64,000 nucleotides of DNA from a virus: positions 1 through 64,000 of IMG/VR virus record IMGVR_UViG_3300009008_000009. The stretch is one strand, 5' to 3'. Both the position numbers and the translations under genes were made by a program. The notes beneath the pieces were generated by a model, which worked only from the letters and a program-made list of their open reading frames with translations, did no database searches and was not told the DNA's origin. Positions 1 through 10,100 of this stretch are shown here, in pieces (the stretch's first letter is position 1; the number at the start of each line of letters is the position of its first letter).

Positions 1-86
1 TCTTCGTCATCTGACTCTTCGTCATCTGACTCTTCGTCATCTGACTCTTCGTCATCTGACTCTTCGTCATCTGACTCTTCGTCATC
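1..86. repeat. 15-bp tandem repeat TCTTCGTCATCTGAC, >5 copies, encoding (ESDDE)n on minus strand
   Basis: Directly visible. Confidence 0.95.
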
Positions 87-338
87 GACCTGTGTGTCGT
101 CAGACTCCGAAACGTCGTCCTCGTCTCCTTCATCCGCAACTTCCCACGGGGGGTCGGCGTTGAAGTTGTCCTTGTACTCGTCGGCCAGCATTGCAAGCTG
201 ATCTTCGTCTCCACCAACCTCATCAAGGATGGCTTCACGGTCACCGTTCACAATGTATCCAGCCAGTGTGTTGGCTTCCTTCGACTTCATCTCAAAGGTA
301 TCAACCAACCACTTCTTCAATTCCTTCATTCTCGGCAT
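1..338 (-). CDS. Acidic hypothetical protein (3' end runs off window)
   Basis: ATG at 338 with GAGG RBS; MPRMKELKKWLVDTFEMKSKEA... followed by ESDDE repeats; open to window edge. Confidence 0.75.
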   Translation of the reverse strand, partial: MPRMKELKKWLVDTFEMKSKEANTLAGYIVNGDREAILDEVGGDEDQLAMLADEYKDNFNADPPWEVADEGDEDDVSESDDTQVDDEESDDEESDDEESDDEESDDEESDDE

Positions 339-377
339 AACAAATCCTCTCGGTTAACGCCGTACCTGTTGATTGCC

Positions 378-406
378 ATTATAATACATGGCAACAGATA
401 AATCAA
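378..406 (-). promoter_or_regulatory. sigma70-type promoter TTGATT-N17-TATAAT
   Basis: Exact 17-bp spacing, about 40 nt upstream of ATG 338. Confidence 0.7.
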
Positions 407-418
407 CATCATAGTGCG

Positions 419-1345
419 TTAAAGAGCCACTAAGATGCCAATTGTTAAGTTTCCGTGGGGCTCTGACAATAATGCAGTCCGCCACCCAGCACTCACAAGT
501 AAGTTCTCGGAAAAAGGAAGGTGAGTGGACACGTTGTAGGCTATTGAGACTGAAAGTGAGTGTGAGTCATCTGCGTTCGTGGTAAGTGACAGCACAGGAG
601 CTCGCAATAAATAACCATCGTTCCCCAGAAGAGCGGAGATGATGGAAAGACCTATACCACCCTCCAATTGTCCAATACCGTTAGTCACCAACATTGCGCG
701 CGGGTTCCACCAATCAACCCAGTCCAACGGCTCCTTGGCGTGAACCGACTCAACGACATAGTCACCTAAGTAACGTCGGACCTTTGGGTCCCGTTCGGAC
801 TGCACCCACACTGAGTAAATCGTACGCTCGTTACCTGAGTCATCCATAGATCGAATTCGGACGTCACCTACTCGCATCGTAAAGTGGTAAAGAATCGAGT
901 CGCCCTCAGTCTGGATAGTCACCCACGGGTCAGTAAATGATCCAACTCCCCCACCCGCGATATCCACAAGCCCGGAACCAACATCAATACCAACAACGTC
1001 CTCCCGATCACGTAAAGAATCAACGTGGGCGCGGAGGCCGGAGTTACTACCAAGCAACGCGTCCACCCGGTCGAGTGCGTCGTCAAGCGCCCGTTCCTTT
1101 GTGGTGTTCAGGGTCTGTGCCTGCGACAGCTCATCGCTTAGACGCTGGTGCTCAACAACCATATCCCTGTTGCGGTTCGACACAGTGTCAAACCGGGTCT
1201 GCAGATCTTCGTATGACTTGCGCAGAGGATTCAATTCGTAAACGAGGTCACCCAGTCCACGAAGAATCGCCGGACCAGCTGTTGGTACCAGTATGGCAAG
1301 GATGACAACGACTACAGGTATCCGCCACTTCTTTGGCATCTTCAT
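419..1345 (-). CDS. Membrane-anchored coiled-coil protein with beta-rich C-terminus (possibly spanin-like/envelope protein)
   Basis: N-terminal TM (IPVVVVILAILV), heptad coiled coil, beta-strand-like C-terminus. Confidence 0.6.
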   Translation of the reverse strand: MKMPKKWRIPVVVVILAILVPTAGPAILRGLGDLVYELNPLRKSYEDLQTRFDTVSNRNRDMVVEHQRLSDELSQAQTLNTTKERALDDALDRVDALLGSNSGLRAHVDSLRDREDVVGIDVGSGLVDIAGGGVGSFTDPWVTIQTEGDSILYHFTMRVGDVRIRSMDDSGNERTIYSVWVQSERDPKVRRYLGDYVVESVHAKEPLDWVDWWNPRAMLVTNGIGQLEGGIGLSIISALLGNDGYLLRAPVLSLTTNADDSHSLSVSIAYNVSTHLPFSENLLVSAGWRTALLSEPHGNLTIGILVAL

Positions 1346-1417
1346 TGATCTAGTCTCCGGTGATGGATCGTATGATGAATATCAACAATGTGACGGTGGA
1401 ATGCAAGAGATGAGGAA

Positions 1418-2122
1418 CTACATCCTGAATGCGGATGGATCTCCGCGCTGGATTGAGTTAAGAAGATCGATGTAGGTAGAATGAGTCGACTTTTCTTCCC
1501 AGTGACGTTCAGATGTGGTCAAATGCGAGAAATCTAAACTGGTTCCAACAAATTCACACAGATTATCTCTCATTCCGTGGTCATCGTGTATAAGAACGTC
1601 AAAGTCAACCAACATGAACGGAACATCGGTACCGTCCCGCACAAGGCCGAGAGCAGCCGAGATGAACAGTTCCCAGAGCTCAAAGGAGTCATGCACACTC
1701 ATGGAATCCCGCTTAGCCAGTGACCGGGCAACAGACTCTGGAGATCGAATGCAGCATATAAACTTACCTTCACGAGCGGCTGGGGTTAGACGATGAAGAT
1801 GGTGGAAACCAATACTCAACCGGGGATCTTTAAACACACCACGATCACCAATTGACTCTATATACTGTGCTACCTCAACGTCAAGTGGCTCGATTCCTAG
1901 ATAGGGAACCTTACCCCAGCTCGACGCGCCTCGTTCGAGACGGGAGATTACATTGATGTCAAAGCTGACGATGTTCGAGTTCTCAAATAACCCGAGACTG
2001 TTGCCCCACTTCTCACCACCAATGACGTCAGAATCTGGACCGGGGGTGAACCCGGATTTTACAAGACACCCGGTAAGTGCTGAAGTTCCGCACCGGTGCA
2101 TTCCGCCTATAAATAACGCCAT
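1418..2122 (-). CDS. Sulfotransferase family protein
   Basis: GMHRCGTS PAPS-binding loop, KDPR and IRSPESVARSL motifs. Confidence 0.8.
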   Translation of the reverse strand: MALFIGGMHRCGTSALTGCLVKSGFTPGPDSDVIGGEKWGNSLGLFENSNIVSFDINVISRLERGASSWGKVPYLGIEPLDVEVAQYIESIGDRGVFKDPRLSIGFHHLHRLTPAAREGKFICCIRSPESVARSLAKRDSMSVHDSFELWELFISAALGLVRDGTDVPFMLVDFDVLIHDDHGMRDNLCEFVGTSLDFSHLTTSERHWEEKSTHSTYIDLLNSIQRGDPSAFRM

Positions 2123-2135
2123 GCTTTATCCACCA

Positions 2136-2468
2136 TTAACCTGCAAAGCCATTACCCTCACCTAGATCTTCCACATCCTTTGGGTCCGAATCTACGGTAA
2201 GATCGTCTTCACGCATGGCAAGTCCAGCCGCCTGAAGACATCCCTTGGTACTTATGGTCTCGTCGTAGACTTGTAAACCGGGAAGTGTGGTCAATTGTGT
2301 ATGTTGATCTGAACTGATCGCACTTGGGTGAGCTGCGGATATGTAGTGAGTTACAATACCGGGTGGAGTTAGAAGCTCAGTGGTAAATGAGTTAATACCT
2401 GCAATAGCGCGAGCCTCGGTAACTCGTCCACTTGGGACAATGTACTTTATCCGGTCAGTTATATTCAT
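2136..2468 (-). CDS. Hypothetical protein
   Basis: ORF translationally coupled (ATGA) to upstream gene. Confidence 0.6.
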   Translation of the reverse strand: MNITDRIKYIVPSGRVTEARAIAGINSFTTELLTPPGIVTHYISAAHPSAISSDQHTQLTTLPGLQVYDETISTKGCLQAAGLAMREDDLTVDSDPKDVEDLGEGNGFAG

Positions 2469-3199
2469 GATGGTATCTTCTCCAGTCCCCACGCAGCAAC
2501 ATCAGCAACTTGACTGACGTCGTGGGCGGAGGTACATGCAAGAATCACACCAATATAACCGTTTCCGTACAGATAAGAGCCATCAAAGCCACCAATAGCT
2601 GTCGCGGCAAACGGAGTACCATTACCAGCATTATCTCGAGCAATCTCCACACCATCTTCATACCAAATCAGAGGACTACCAACCCCCGTATAAACCATAG
2701 TCTCCATTTGCCAGTTATTATTGGTAAATCCAGCAAGGTCAGCTGACCGATTACTGATAGTGTTAACTTGTGTTCTGATGTAACTACCAATATTGCTCAT
2801 ATCATAGGAATGGGGACCTCCGTAAGTACCTAAAGTCATAAACCCACTGACATGATTCACAAGTCGATAAAGAGTAATCGGAGGTACCGCCCCAAGTGTG
2901 GAACTCAGGTAAAGGATGTCATTTACGTCATCTAAGTACATATAGTTAGATTCATCCCACGTCGGTCTTGCTAGACCCGTAGCAGTTGCGTAGGGACCGT
3001 CAGTGAATGGATCAACTCGATCAACAGAAATGTTGTCAAGTGTAAGATAGTCCGGGATTGTTACGTCAATGCCCCACGCAAGTGAGCCATCTGTAATTGG
3101 AGGAGGAATCCAAATACCGCTCGGAGTCCGGTTCCACCCGGAGCGATTCCCGGGGAACCGATTACCATCAAGTCTATTTCCACCCTTCAGGAGATGCAC
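2465..3199 (-). CDS. Putative virion protein with LamG/concanavalin-like beta-sandwich
   Basis: W..YEDGVE and IGG..GYIGVIL pattern typical of phage LamG-like tail domains. Confidence 0.5.
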   Translation of the reverse strand: MHLLKGGNRLDGNRFPGNRSGWNRTPSGIWIPPPITDGSLAWGIDVTIPDYLTLDNISVDRVDPFTDGPYATATGLARPTWDESNYMYLDDVNDILYLSSTLGAVPPITLYRLVNHVSGFMTLGTYGGPHSYDMSNIGSYIRTQVNTISNRSADLAGFTNNNWQMETMVYTGVGSPLIWYEDGVEIARDNAGNGTPFAATAIGGFDGSYLYGNGYIGVILACTSAHDVSQVADVAAWGLEKIPS

Positions 3200-3202
3200 G
3201 GG

Positions 3203-3769
3203 TCAACCCCTACGAGATACAAGAGTACCGGTAACAGCCAAGGTCTCACCACCGCTAAATGATAGCTTGACCGCGAGTTTCCACCCGTCTGGTATGATTG
3301 GAAGCACATCAGCTGACTTGGTTGGATCGTAAAAGATGAGATGATAGCCCTGCCCCGACGTCGGCTCCCACCCAACACTACTGTTGAGTGTGTTGATATT
3401 GGTATAGGAAGTGTCTCCGCTTATAGCGTCTCGTGACTCAAGATAAAGACCATGATTCACAGGACCAGTCCAGACCTTACCGTCAGCGTCCTCAACCCAC
3501 CACTCAGCGGTTACATACTGAAGTGTGGACCCGGTGATGTTCAGGAACAGCCCGTATAAACCAACGTCACCGTGAACATCAAACTTGGTGGTGAGCGGTG
3601 TTCCGGAACTCAGGTCACCCGTCATCCCAGACGTTTTCACGCCATGTAAGAAAAAGCCCTGTTCAATACCAGAATCAGCGTTCGCCGGGCTGGCGCTACC
3701 CTGAATCGCGGCACCGTACTGGTCCTTGGCCTCACGAAGGTCACTTGCTGCTGTCTGCTTCTGAGTCAT
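3203..3769 (-). CDS. Hypothetical (putative virion) protein
   Basis: GGAG RBS, beta-rich, N-terminal KQTA motif. Confidence 0.65.
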   Translation of the reverse strand: MTQKQTAASDLREAKDQYGAAIQGSASPANADSGIEQGFFLHGVKTSGMTGDLSSGTPLTTKFDVHGDVGLYGLFLNITGSTLQYVTAEWWVEDADGKVWTGPVNHGLYLESRDAISGDTSYTNINTLNSSVGWEPTSGQGYHLIFYDPTKSADVLPIIPDGWKLAVKLSFSGGETLAVTGTLVSRRG

Positions 3770-3780
3770 GTATCACTCCA

Positions 3781-4698
3781 TTAACGCTCAAGCTGCTGCA
3801 TGGCAGCCTCAACCGCGTCACCAATTGACTCTGGTAGGATATCGTCTGCGCTGTCCTGCGCTATTGCGTACAGTTCTTCAATCAGCGCCGTTGCAGTCGC
3901 TGGGTTAAGATCGTTCGCGCCGTCAACCACGGGAGGGAACCCGGGGCGTCCAACAACGATCTCCCAGCCCTCATCGTCGGCGCGAGAAATGGCTACATAC
4001 GTTCTATCCGGGAAGGTGATCTCAGCCCGCCGTGGATTCTCGCCCATGCAGACCACGTCAAACTCACCAGTGGTTCGAACAGTATCATCTTCCGAGATTG
4101 CCCGGGTCACATGAATGTCGTGTGTGGACTCCATGATCAAGTCGTCCGGAGTGATGGCAACAGCGTCCATTGTAGATGGGGTATAGAAAGACTCACCGTC
4201 GTATGAAATCTCGGCGATGACAGCCTCGGCCTGATCTTCACTAAGACCAAGTGTCTCTGCAATGCTGGCCATGATATCATCGAATGAGAATCCAAGATCG
4301 ATCTGGTTGTTACCAAGCGCGATGGCTTGGTCCCACTTTCCGGTGCGCCGGAGATCGTCTTCATGGTGCTCGTACAGGAACTTGGCAACGACAACCTTCG
4401 CAGCTTCCTCAGCAACATTGGTCACATAGCTACGGACGACAGACCCGACTCGGTCGGTAACAATGACTGTAGACCGAGACTCATCAGGGCGACACAGAAA
4501 CTCATGGACGTCGTGAACCGATCCGTCACGTGGGTTATGGTACTGAATACCACTTACACCAAGGTCGCCAAAAAGGGCAGAGTCGGAGGTGTCATCGATT
4601 CCTGCGGTCCGGGAGAACCCCGGAACATAGTCTTCACCACCGGACTGACTGGCATTCATCCAGTCTTCTCCACGCTCGGCGTGCTTTCGGATACCCAT
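3781..4698 (-). CDS. Acidic hypothetical (putative internal head) protein
   Basis: 305 aa ORF with GGAG RBS; acidic segments separated by basic-x-A/G motifs. Confidence 0.7.
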   Translation of the reverse strand: MGIRKHAERGEDWMNASQSGGEDYVPGFSRTAGIDDTSDSALFGDLGVSGIQYHNPRDGSVHDVHEFLCRPDESRSTVIVTDRVGSVVRSYVTNVAEEAAKVVVAKFLYEHHEDDLRRTGKWDQAIALGNNQIDLGFSFDDIMASIAETLGLSEDQAEAVIAEISYDGESFYTPSTMDAVAITPDDLIMESTHDIHVTRAISEDDTVRTTGEFDVVCMGENPRRAEITFPDRTYVAISRADDEGWEIVVGRPGFPPVVDGANDLNPATATALIEELYAIAQDSADDILPESIGDAVEAAMQQLER

Positions 4699-4740
4699 TC
4701 CAGCTCCGTCACAAATCTACAGTCGTTAGGGCTCAAAACA

Positions 4741-7107
4741 CTACTGGTCGTCTGAGTCCTTGAAATATCGCGCTACTTCTTCGGGGCTCAAGCCATCATC
4801 ATACCACTCGTCTAGCTCTTCCTTGAAGATCTTGTATCCGTAAAGACCACCCGGCATCATCCACTCACCCATCCCAAAAAACTCCTGTGACCCGGGGTAC
4901 TTTGTTTCATAAATTCGAATCGCTTCTTCCAGCCACTGTCTCTTACCAAGCTGCTGAGATGGTTCGTCTTGGTCACCAGATTGATCACTCACGTCCTCGT
5001 CTGGAAATTCAATGGTATCATACCCATTAAAAAACGTTACCACCTGATCATCAGATAGACTTGGCTTACTGTCAATCCACTCTTTCCATGATGCTGCGTC
5101 TGACTCCTCAAACTGAGGGAAGACGTTCATGTGGTCTTCAACTGCAATACCAGTCCACTTTGAAATAATCTCAATGAAATCCGATGTCTTGTCATTGAGC
5201 AAATGGTAAATCGCAGGGAAGTCTGCATTTTCCCCAGTCAGCTCGTAAGGATCAATCTCTTTGTAAGCATACTCTTGCCCCCACACCTCACCAATAATAA
5301 AGGGCTCAGTGTGTCCGGTCATCTTAGCAATGGTGTCTACGACGTCACTGGACGTGAATCCGTAGGCTATGACACGTTGCCGAACCGACCTCCGAGCAGT
5401 AAGTGCATCAATCACCATCTGCACATGCTCGGTAATCTTAGACCCGTAGTCGTCCCGGATGTTCGTAACCGCCATCTCGACGTCTTCCGATCCACCGTAG
5501 TCGTCGGTCAGATCTTCCCAAAGCTGGGGGTCCGACTTCTCGATGCTATCAATCGTCTGCTTGACGTTCTCGTCATCCCCGGACTCACCCGCGTCTTGCA
5601 GTGTTTCAGTAATGACACGTTTCAGTGCGTCCGTGAACTCGGTGTTCAGAAGGTCGGCGTGCTTCTGAGCCCTCGTACTAAATAAAGTTCCGAGTTCCTC
5701 ACTACTCAGATACCATTGCTGTGACTCACTGGTATCAACAAAGGTAACGTCTACGTCAAACATCCCAGATGGACCGTCCTCTGCTCCACCAGACATATCT
5801 TCAGAGATATTGTCAACCCTGACCTTATCCTGCTGACCGGGGTTATCCGGGTCGGTAACGAGGTACGTTTCCCCAATATTAACCCCACGACGCTTGCTGG
5901 CGGGACGGACTCCAAACTTAGCCTCCCACCAATCCTGAACCAGTGGCTTGATGGTGTCCGTATCACTCGATAAGTGCTGCTTGATGTGGGAAACAAGTGC
6001 TGTCAACAAGTAGTCCTTTGCTCCCATATCTTCAACATCCTGACTGAACTCATCGGCGAGTTGGAATACACTGTCCTTAAGATCATCCTGCGCACGTTTC
6101 TGCTTCTTGGCGGTACGCTGCACCTGATCTTGGACCACAGCCTTCTCGCGGTCGACAGTGCCTACCATTCCCTGAGCAACCCGCTGGTCGCGGTAAGGAC
6201 CGGAGATGGAGTCTGACTGAACGGTGTATGTAACGGTCGGGGTGTTGGCAGTGATCTTTGAATTCCGTGATCCCGGTCTGGGTGCGGTGTAGGAGTCTGG
6301 ACGTGTTCCCGCCCAGCGGCCACGGTTACCGGCACGGCCCTCAACCCAGAGTTGGACCTTACGGGCTGCGTCGTCGGCGTCATTGGCGGTTACGTAAACG
6401 TCGATCCACTCGCCCATGAAGTCGTCGTCGCCGTAGTGCATGGAACAGGGGACGTGGAATGTGGAGTTCGTTTCTGCAACGGATGCCCGTTTCTTCTCAG
6501 ACTGCTTAGAATCCACATGTTGAAACCCACCTCGAATCAGGAAGGTGGTCGACGGTGTTTCTCCAAATCCGAGCATGTCTGTGTCAGCAACGTAAGGATG
6601 CTCTTCCTCAACTTCCCAACCGAGATTCTGGAGTACGTTCTTCAATTCAGGAATCGCCGAGTCGATGATGGTGAGATCGACCTTGTCTCCCTCTTGCTCA
6701 GCCACAAACGCCAAGATACCTACGTCCTCAAGCTCGTCTTCAAGAGTACTTGCGTCTGCCGTTGCTCGCTTCGTCGTAGCTGCTCGCTTCGACACTCTCT
6801 CCCAGTTACCAGCTTCCTCGAAACCTTCAGGGAAAAACTCAACCACAATACCGCGAGAGGGGATAGTTACCCAAAAGCCGTCTAAGTTATTCGAAGATGA
6901 GTCAATAACCCCGTGCTCACCGGGGGTGACATTCGCATACTCACCGTCAACGTCGGTCTGGAGCTCCATCTCAGCCTTGAACTCGATCTTGTCGCCAACG
7001 GAAAGACTTGGAACAAGTGGTTCTTCTAAGTCATCGAACCCACCTGCAGATACGGTACGTGGGGTTGAGTCGGTAAGTAAATCACTGAGTTTTGTTACGG
7101 GCGACAT
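4741..7107 (-). CDS. Large acidic multi-segment protein (putative processed internal head protein)
   Basis: 788 aa, GAGGAG RBS, D/E-rich blocks punctuated by KRA/RTA/KHA/RVA linkers. Confidence 0.75.
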   Translation of the reverse strand: MSPVTKLSDLLTDSTPRTVSAGGFDDLEEPLVPSLSVGDKIEFKAEMELQTDVDGEYANVTPGEHGVIDSSSNNLDGFWVTIPSRGIVVEFFPEGFEEAGNWERVSKRAATTKRATADASTLEDELEDVGILAFVAEQEGDKVDLTIIDSAIPELKNVLQNLGWEVEEEHPYVADTDMLGFGETPSTTFLIRGGFQHVDSKQSEKKRASVAETNSTFHVPCSMHYGDDDFMGEWIDVYVTANDADDAARKVQLWVEGRAGNRGRWAGTRPDSYTAPRPGSRNSKITANTPTVTYTVQSDSISGPYRDQRVAQGMVGTVDREKAVVQDQVQRTAKKQKRAQDDLKDSVFQLADEFSQDVEDMGAKDYLLTALVSHIKQHLSSDTDTIKPLVQDWWEAKFGVRPASKRRGVNIGETYLVTDPDNPGQQDKVRVDNISEDMSGGAEDGPSGMFDVDVTFVDTSESQQWYLSSEELGTLFSTRAQKHADLLNTEFTDALKRVITETLQDAGESGDDENVKQTIDSIEKSDPQLWEDLTDDYGGSEDVEMAVTNIRDDYGSKITEHVQMVIDALTARRSVRQRVIAYGFTSSDVVDTIAKMTGHTEPFIIGEVWGQEYAYKEIDPYELTGENADFPAIYHLLNDKTSDFIEIISKWTGIAVEDHMNVFPQFEESDAASWKEWIDSKPSLSDDQVVTFFNGYDTIEFPDEDVSDQSGDQDEPSQQLGKRQWLEEAIRIYETKYPGSQEFFGMGEWMMPGGLYGYKIFKEELDEWYDDGLSPEEVARYFKDSDDQ

Positions 7108-7177
7108 GCTCTATCTCCTCATCACATGACTTTCATCTTAATTGTAGGGTGCAAATTTCTGAAAAGGGACGGGGAGT

Positions 7178-10100
7178 TCAGATACCACTACACCCCGTGT
7201 CCGTTCCACAGTTCGGGCACCGGTGGCATGCTCCGTTTGGAACCATTATAGTTCCACACCCACCACACACAGGGCCTGCGTCTGCGGAAACCATAGCCGG
7301 AACCGACTGGATGGGTTCCATGGAAACGTTGTGCATCGTTACGTTCGGCATTGCTGGACGAGACGCAGCAAACGATACGTTTTTAAATTCACCGTTACCG
7401 TTACCATTTCCGACAAGGTACTCTTCCGGTAACTCTTGGAAGGTGTGCATCTCCGGTACTTCAACTGGTGGGTTGTATGTCAGGTACAGCCACTTGAAAA
7501 TGTAATCTATAATACTGTCGGCTTCCTTGATGTCTTGGTTGGGGGTAAATCCATGCGGCTCAAATCTCATACCAGTAAATCGGTCTACAAAGGTCTGCAA
7601 TGGAATACCATGCTGGAACCCCAACGTAACCGCAGCGGCAAAGGCGTCAAGCAGCCCAGACAACGTTGACCCCTCCTTCGATATCACAACCATCAACGAA
7701 GATGGGAGACCGTCCGGATACTTACTCACCGACACGTACCCCTCGTGCCCGGAAACGTTGAACTTGTGCGTGATTGCCTTGGCGTCCCCGATAACCGGAC
7801 GTGGTAGTGGAATGACAACTTCGTACTCCGGAGTTGCGTCATCACCCTCGCTCTTCGACGCGTAGGGCTGAATTGCCTTACACCCGTCACGATAAATGGA
7901 CATCACCTTGATGCCCATTTCCCAGCCCTTCCAGTACACCTCTTCGATGTCCTCGACCGTGGCCGTATTTGGCATGTTGATAGTCTTCGAAACCGCTCCA
8001 GATAGGAAAGGTTGCACAGCTGCGACCATCTTCACATGGTCCATGTAGTGGATACTGCGCTCCCCGTTAAGCGGGGGAATGGAACAATCGAATACTGGCA
8101 GGTGGTCATCCTTCAAATCTGGGCAGTTCTCGATGGTACCGTTGTCCGTCACGTAGTTAGCAATACTCGCAACGGCATCGTCATCGTATCCGAGTGTGCG
8201 GAGGGCCTCGGGAACCAACCGGTTAACCATCTTCATCTCGCCGCCACCCACCAGACGTTTGAACTTAACAAGACCGAACTCCGGTTCAATGCCGGTGGTG
8301 TCAGCGTCCATCATAAACGCAATAGTGTTGTGGCTCACAAACCCAGATACAACATAGGTGTTATTCATCGGGACTGAAAGGTCAACGGTCTTTTGAATAC
8401 CAGCTTGGGTATTGGAAACTACAACATCGAAGTATACATCTCCGAGACTCAAAATCGCTGCGATTTTAGTTTTTCTTAGCTGCGGGTACTTACTTATCTT
8501 ATCCCTTGCCCATAGTAGATTTATCGCCGCAGTTTTTCTTACTGCAATGTCCTGCCTTACTTCACTTGGAAGACCAACAGACGCATCATAAAAGTCTTGC
8601 TGTATCACTGCATTCCTTATTGATATCCCGTGAGATTCATCGCCTGTACTGGTCGAAAGTCCGTCAGTGAGTCGGATTTTCTTCCTAGATGAAATAAATC
8701 CTATCTTATCAGCGTACACCCGTGCCGATCTTACGTTTGCCACACGAACTTCGTACCGCTGCTTATCACCAAATCTATCTCCACTTTCTGGCTGTTGCCT
8801 CCGTGTAGTCATAATACCCAGAGACTCTAAAACAACCTGAACCTGATTAACAAGAACAGGACTCACTGTTGAAAACGCTACGCTAGGAGTTCCTTTCACC
8901 AATGTTACTGTACCATCAGCGTCAAATAACCCACGGATGAAGGCACAAACAACACTTGTGCGAGACTTAAGAATGGAAATGGGTATTGATGCACCAAACG
9001 CCCCCTCCCCGTGGTTTCCTCTTGGTTTATCTGCAAGCCTGTTTGACTTAAGCCAGCGGACTAGTCTCCGAGATGGAATCGTTACAGTATGACAGCCTGA
9101 TCGTTCTTCAGACTGTATATGAACTCCAATACTTTCTGCCCATGACTCAAAAACTGAGTCTATATCTCTGTTATTATTAGGCACGGTAAGACAAAGACCA
9201 TAGTTATCCTTAGTGTATCCATTGCCAACATAGTAACCAATGACCTCAGCCAGACGTTCATCAAGGACGTCTGGAAAAGTAATAGAAGATTCATTTCCAT
9301 GTACTGGTGTTGAATCACCATGAAGAACTGTATAGGGCTTATCCATCAAAAGTTCTTCATGCCCACCAAGCCTGAAAACCGCGAGATCGCCCGGCTTGAT
9401 ATCTTGGAACTTCCTCCACACATACTCACCACATTCATCAATAATACGAATCTTGTGGCCGTAAGTACCTACTAGCGCATGCCCACGCTTCGTGGTAATT
9501 TCCATCACGTGGTCTTCTCCGTTAATGAAAAACTGAGAAGACTTCTCTACCGACTTCTCCTGCATGATATTAAGATCAAGGTCCTGCCACTTATCACCGT
9601 TTACGTCTCCAAGTACTCCCAGCGGAAGAATACCAGCAGATGACAATAACATAGTATCCGTAGCCAAACAGCCTGTAGGAGCCAGCAGCGTAAGCTGACC
9701 ATTTCGAATCCCAGCCCCATGGGCAATAGAATTGCATACGTCAGCAAGGATGGTATTTGCCATGTCATATATCGGAGCAGTAAATCCATCAAGATCAAGG
9801 CCAAGACTCTCTGCGGCTGTCCGATGCTTTTCCATAACCCGCAAGTACGGGTCTCTATTCTCTTCAAACAGATCAAATGGTCCGAGTTCATCTGCAACCT
9901 GACAGCTCATACTGGCGGCTGACGCGTGCATCAGCGCCGTTATAGCAGCGGCAACCCGACGTCCGTCCTCTGACCCATACGGAAGGCCCAGAACCATAAG
10001 CAGCCCACCGAGGTTGGCGTAACCAAGGCCCAACGGCCTGTGTGCCTTGCTGTTCCTTGCAATCTCCTCGGTCGGGTAGTCGACATTGGCAACCATGATC

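Noticed and set aside
1-86. 15-bp repeat as CRISPR or regulatory array
   Set aside because: No spacers; in-frame coding of ESDDE
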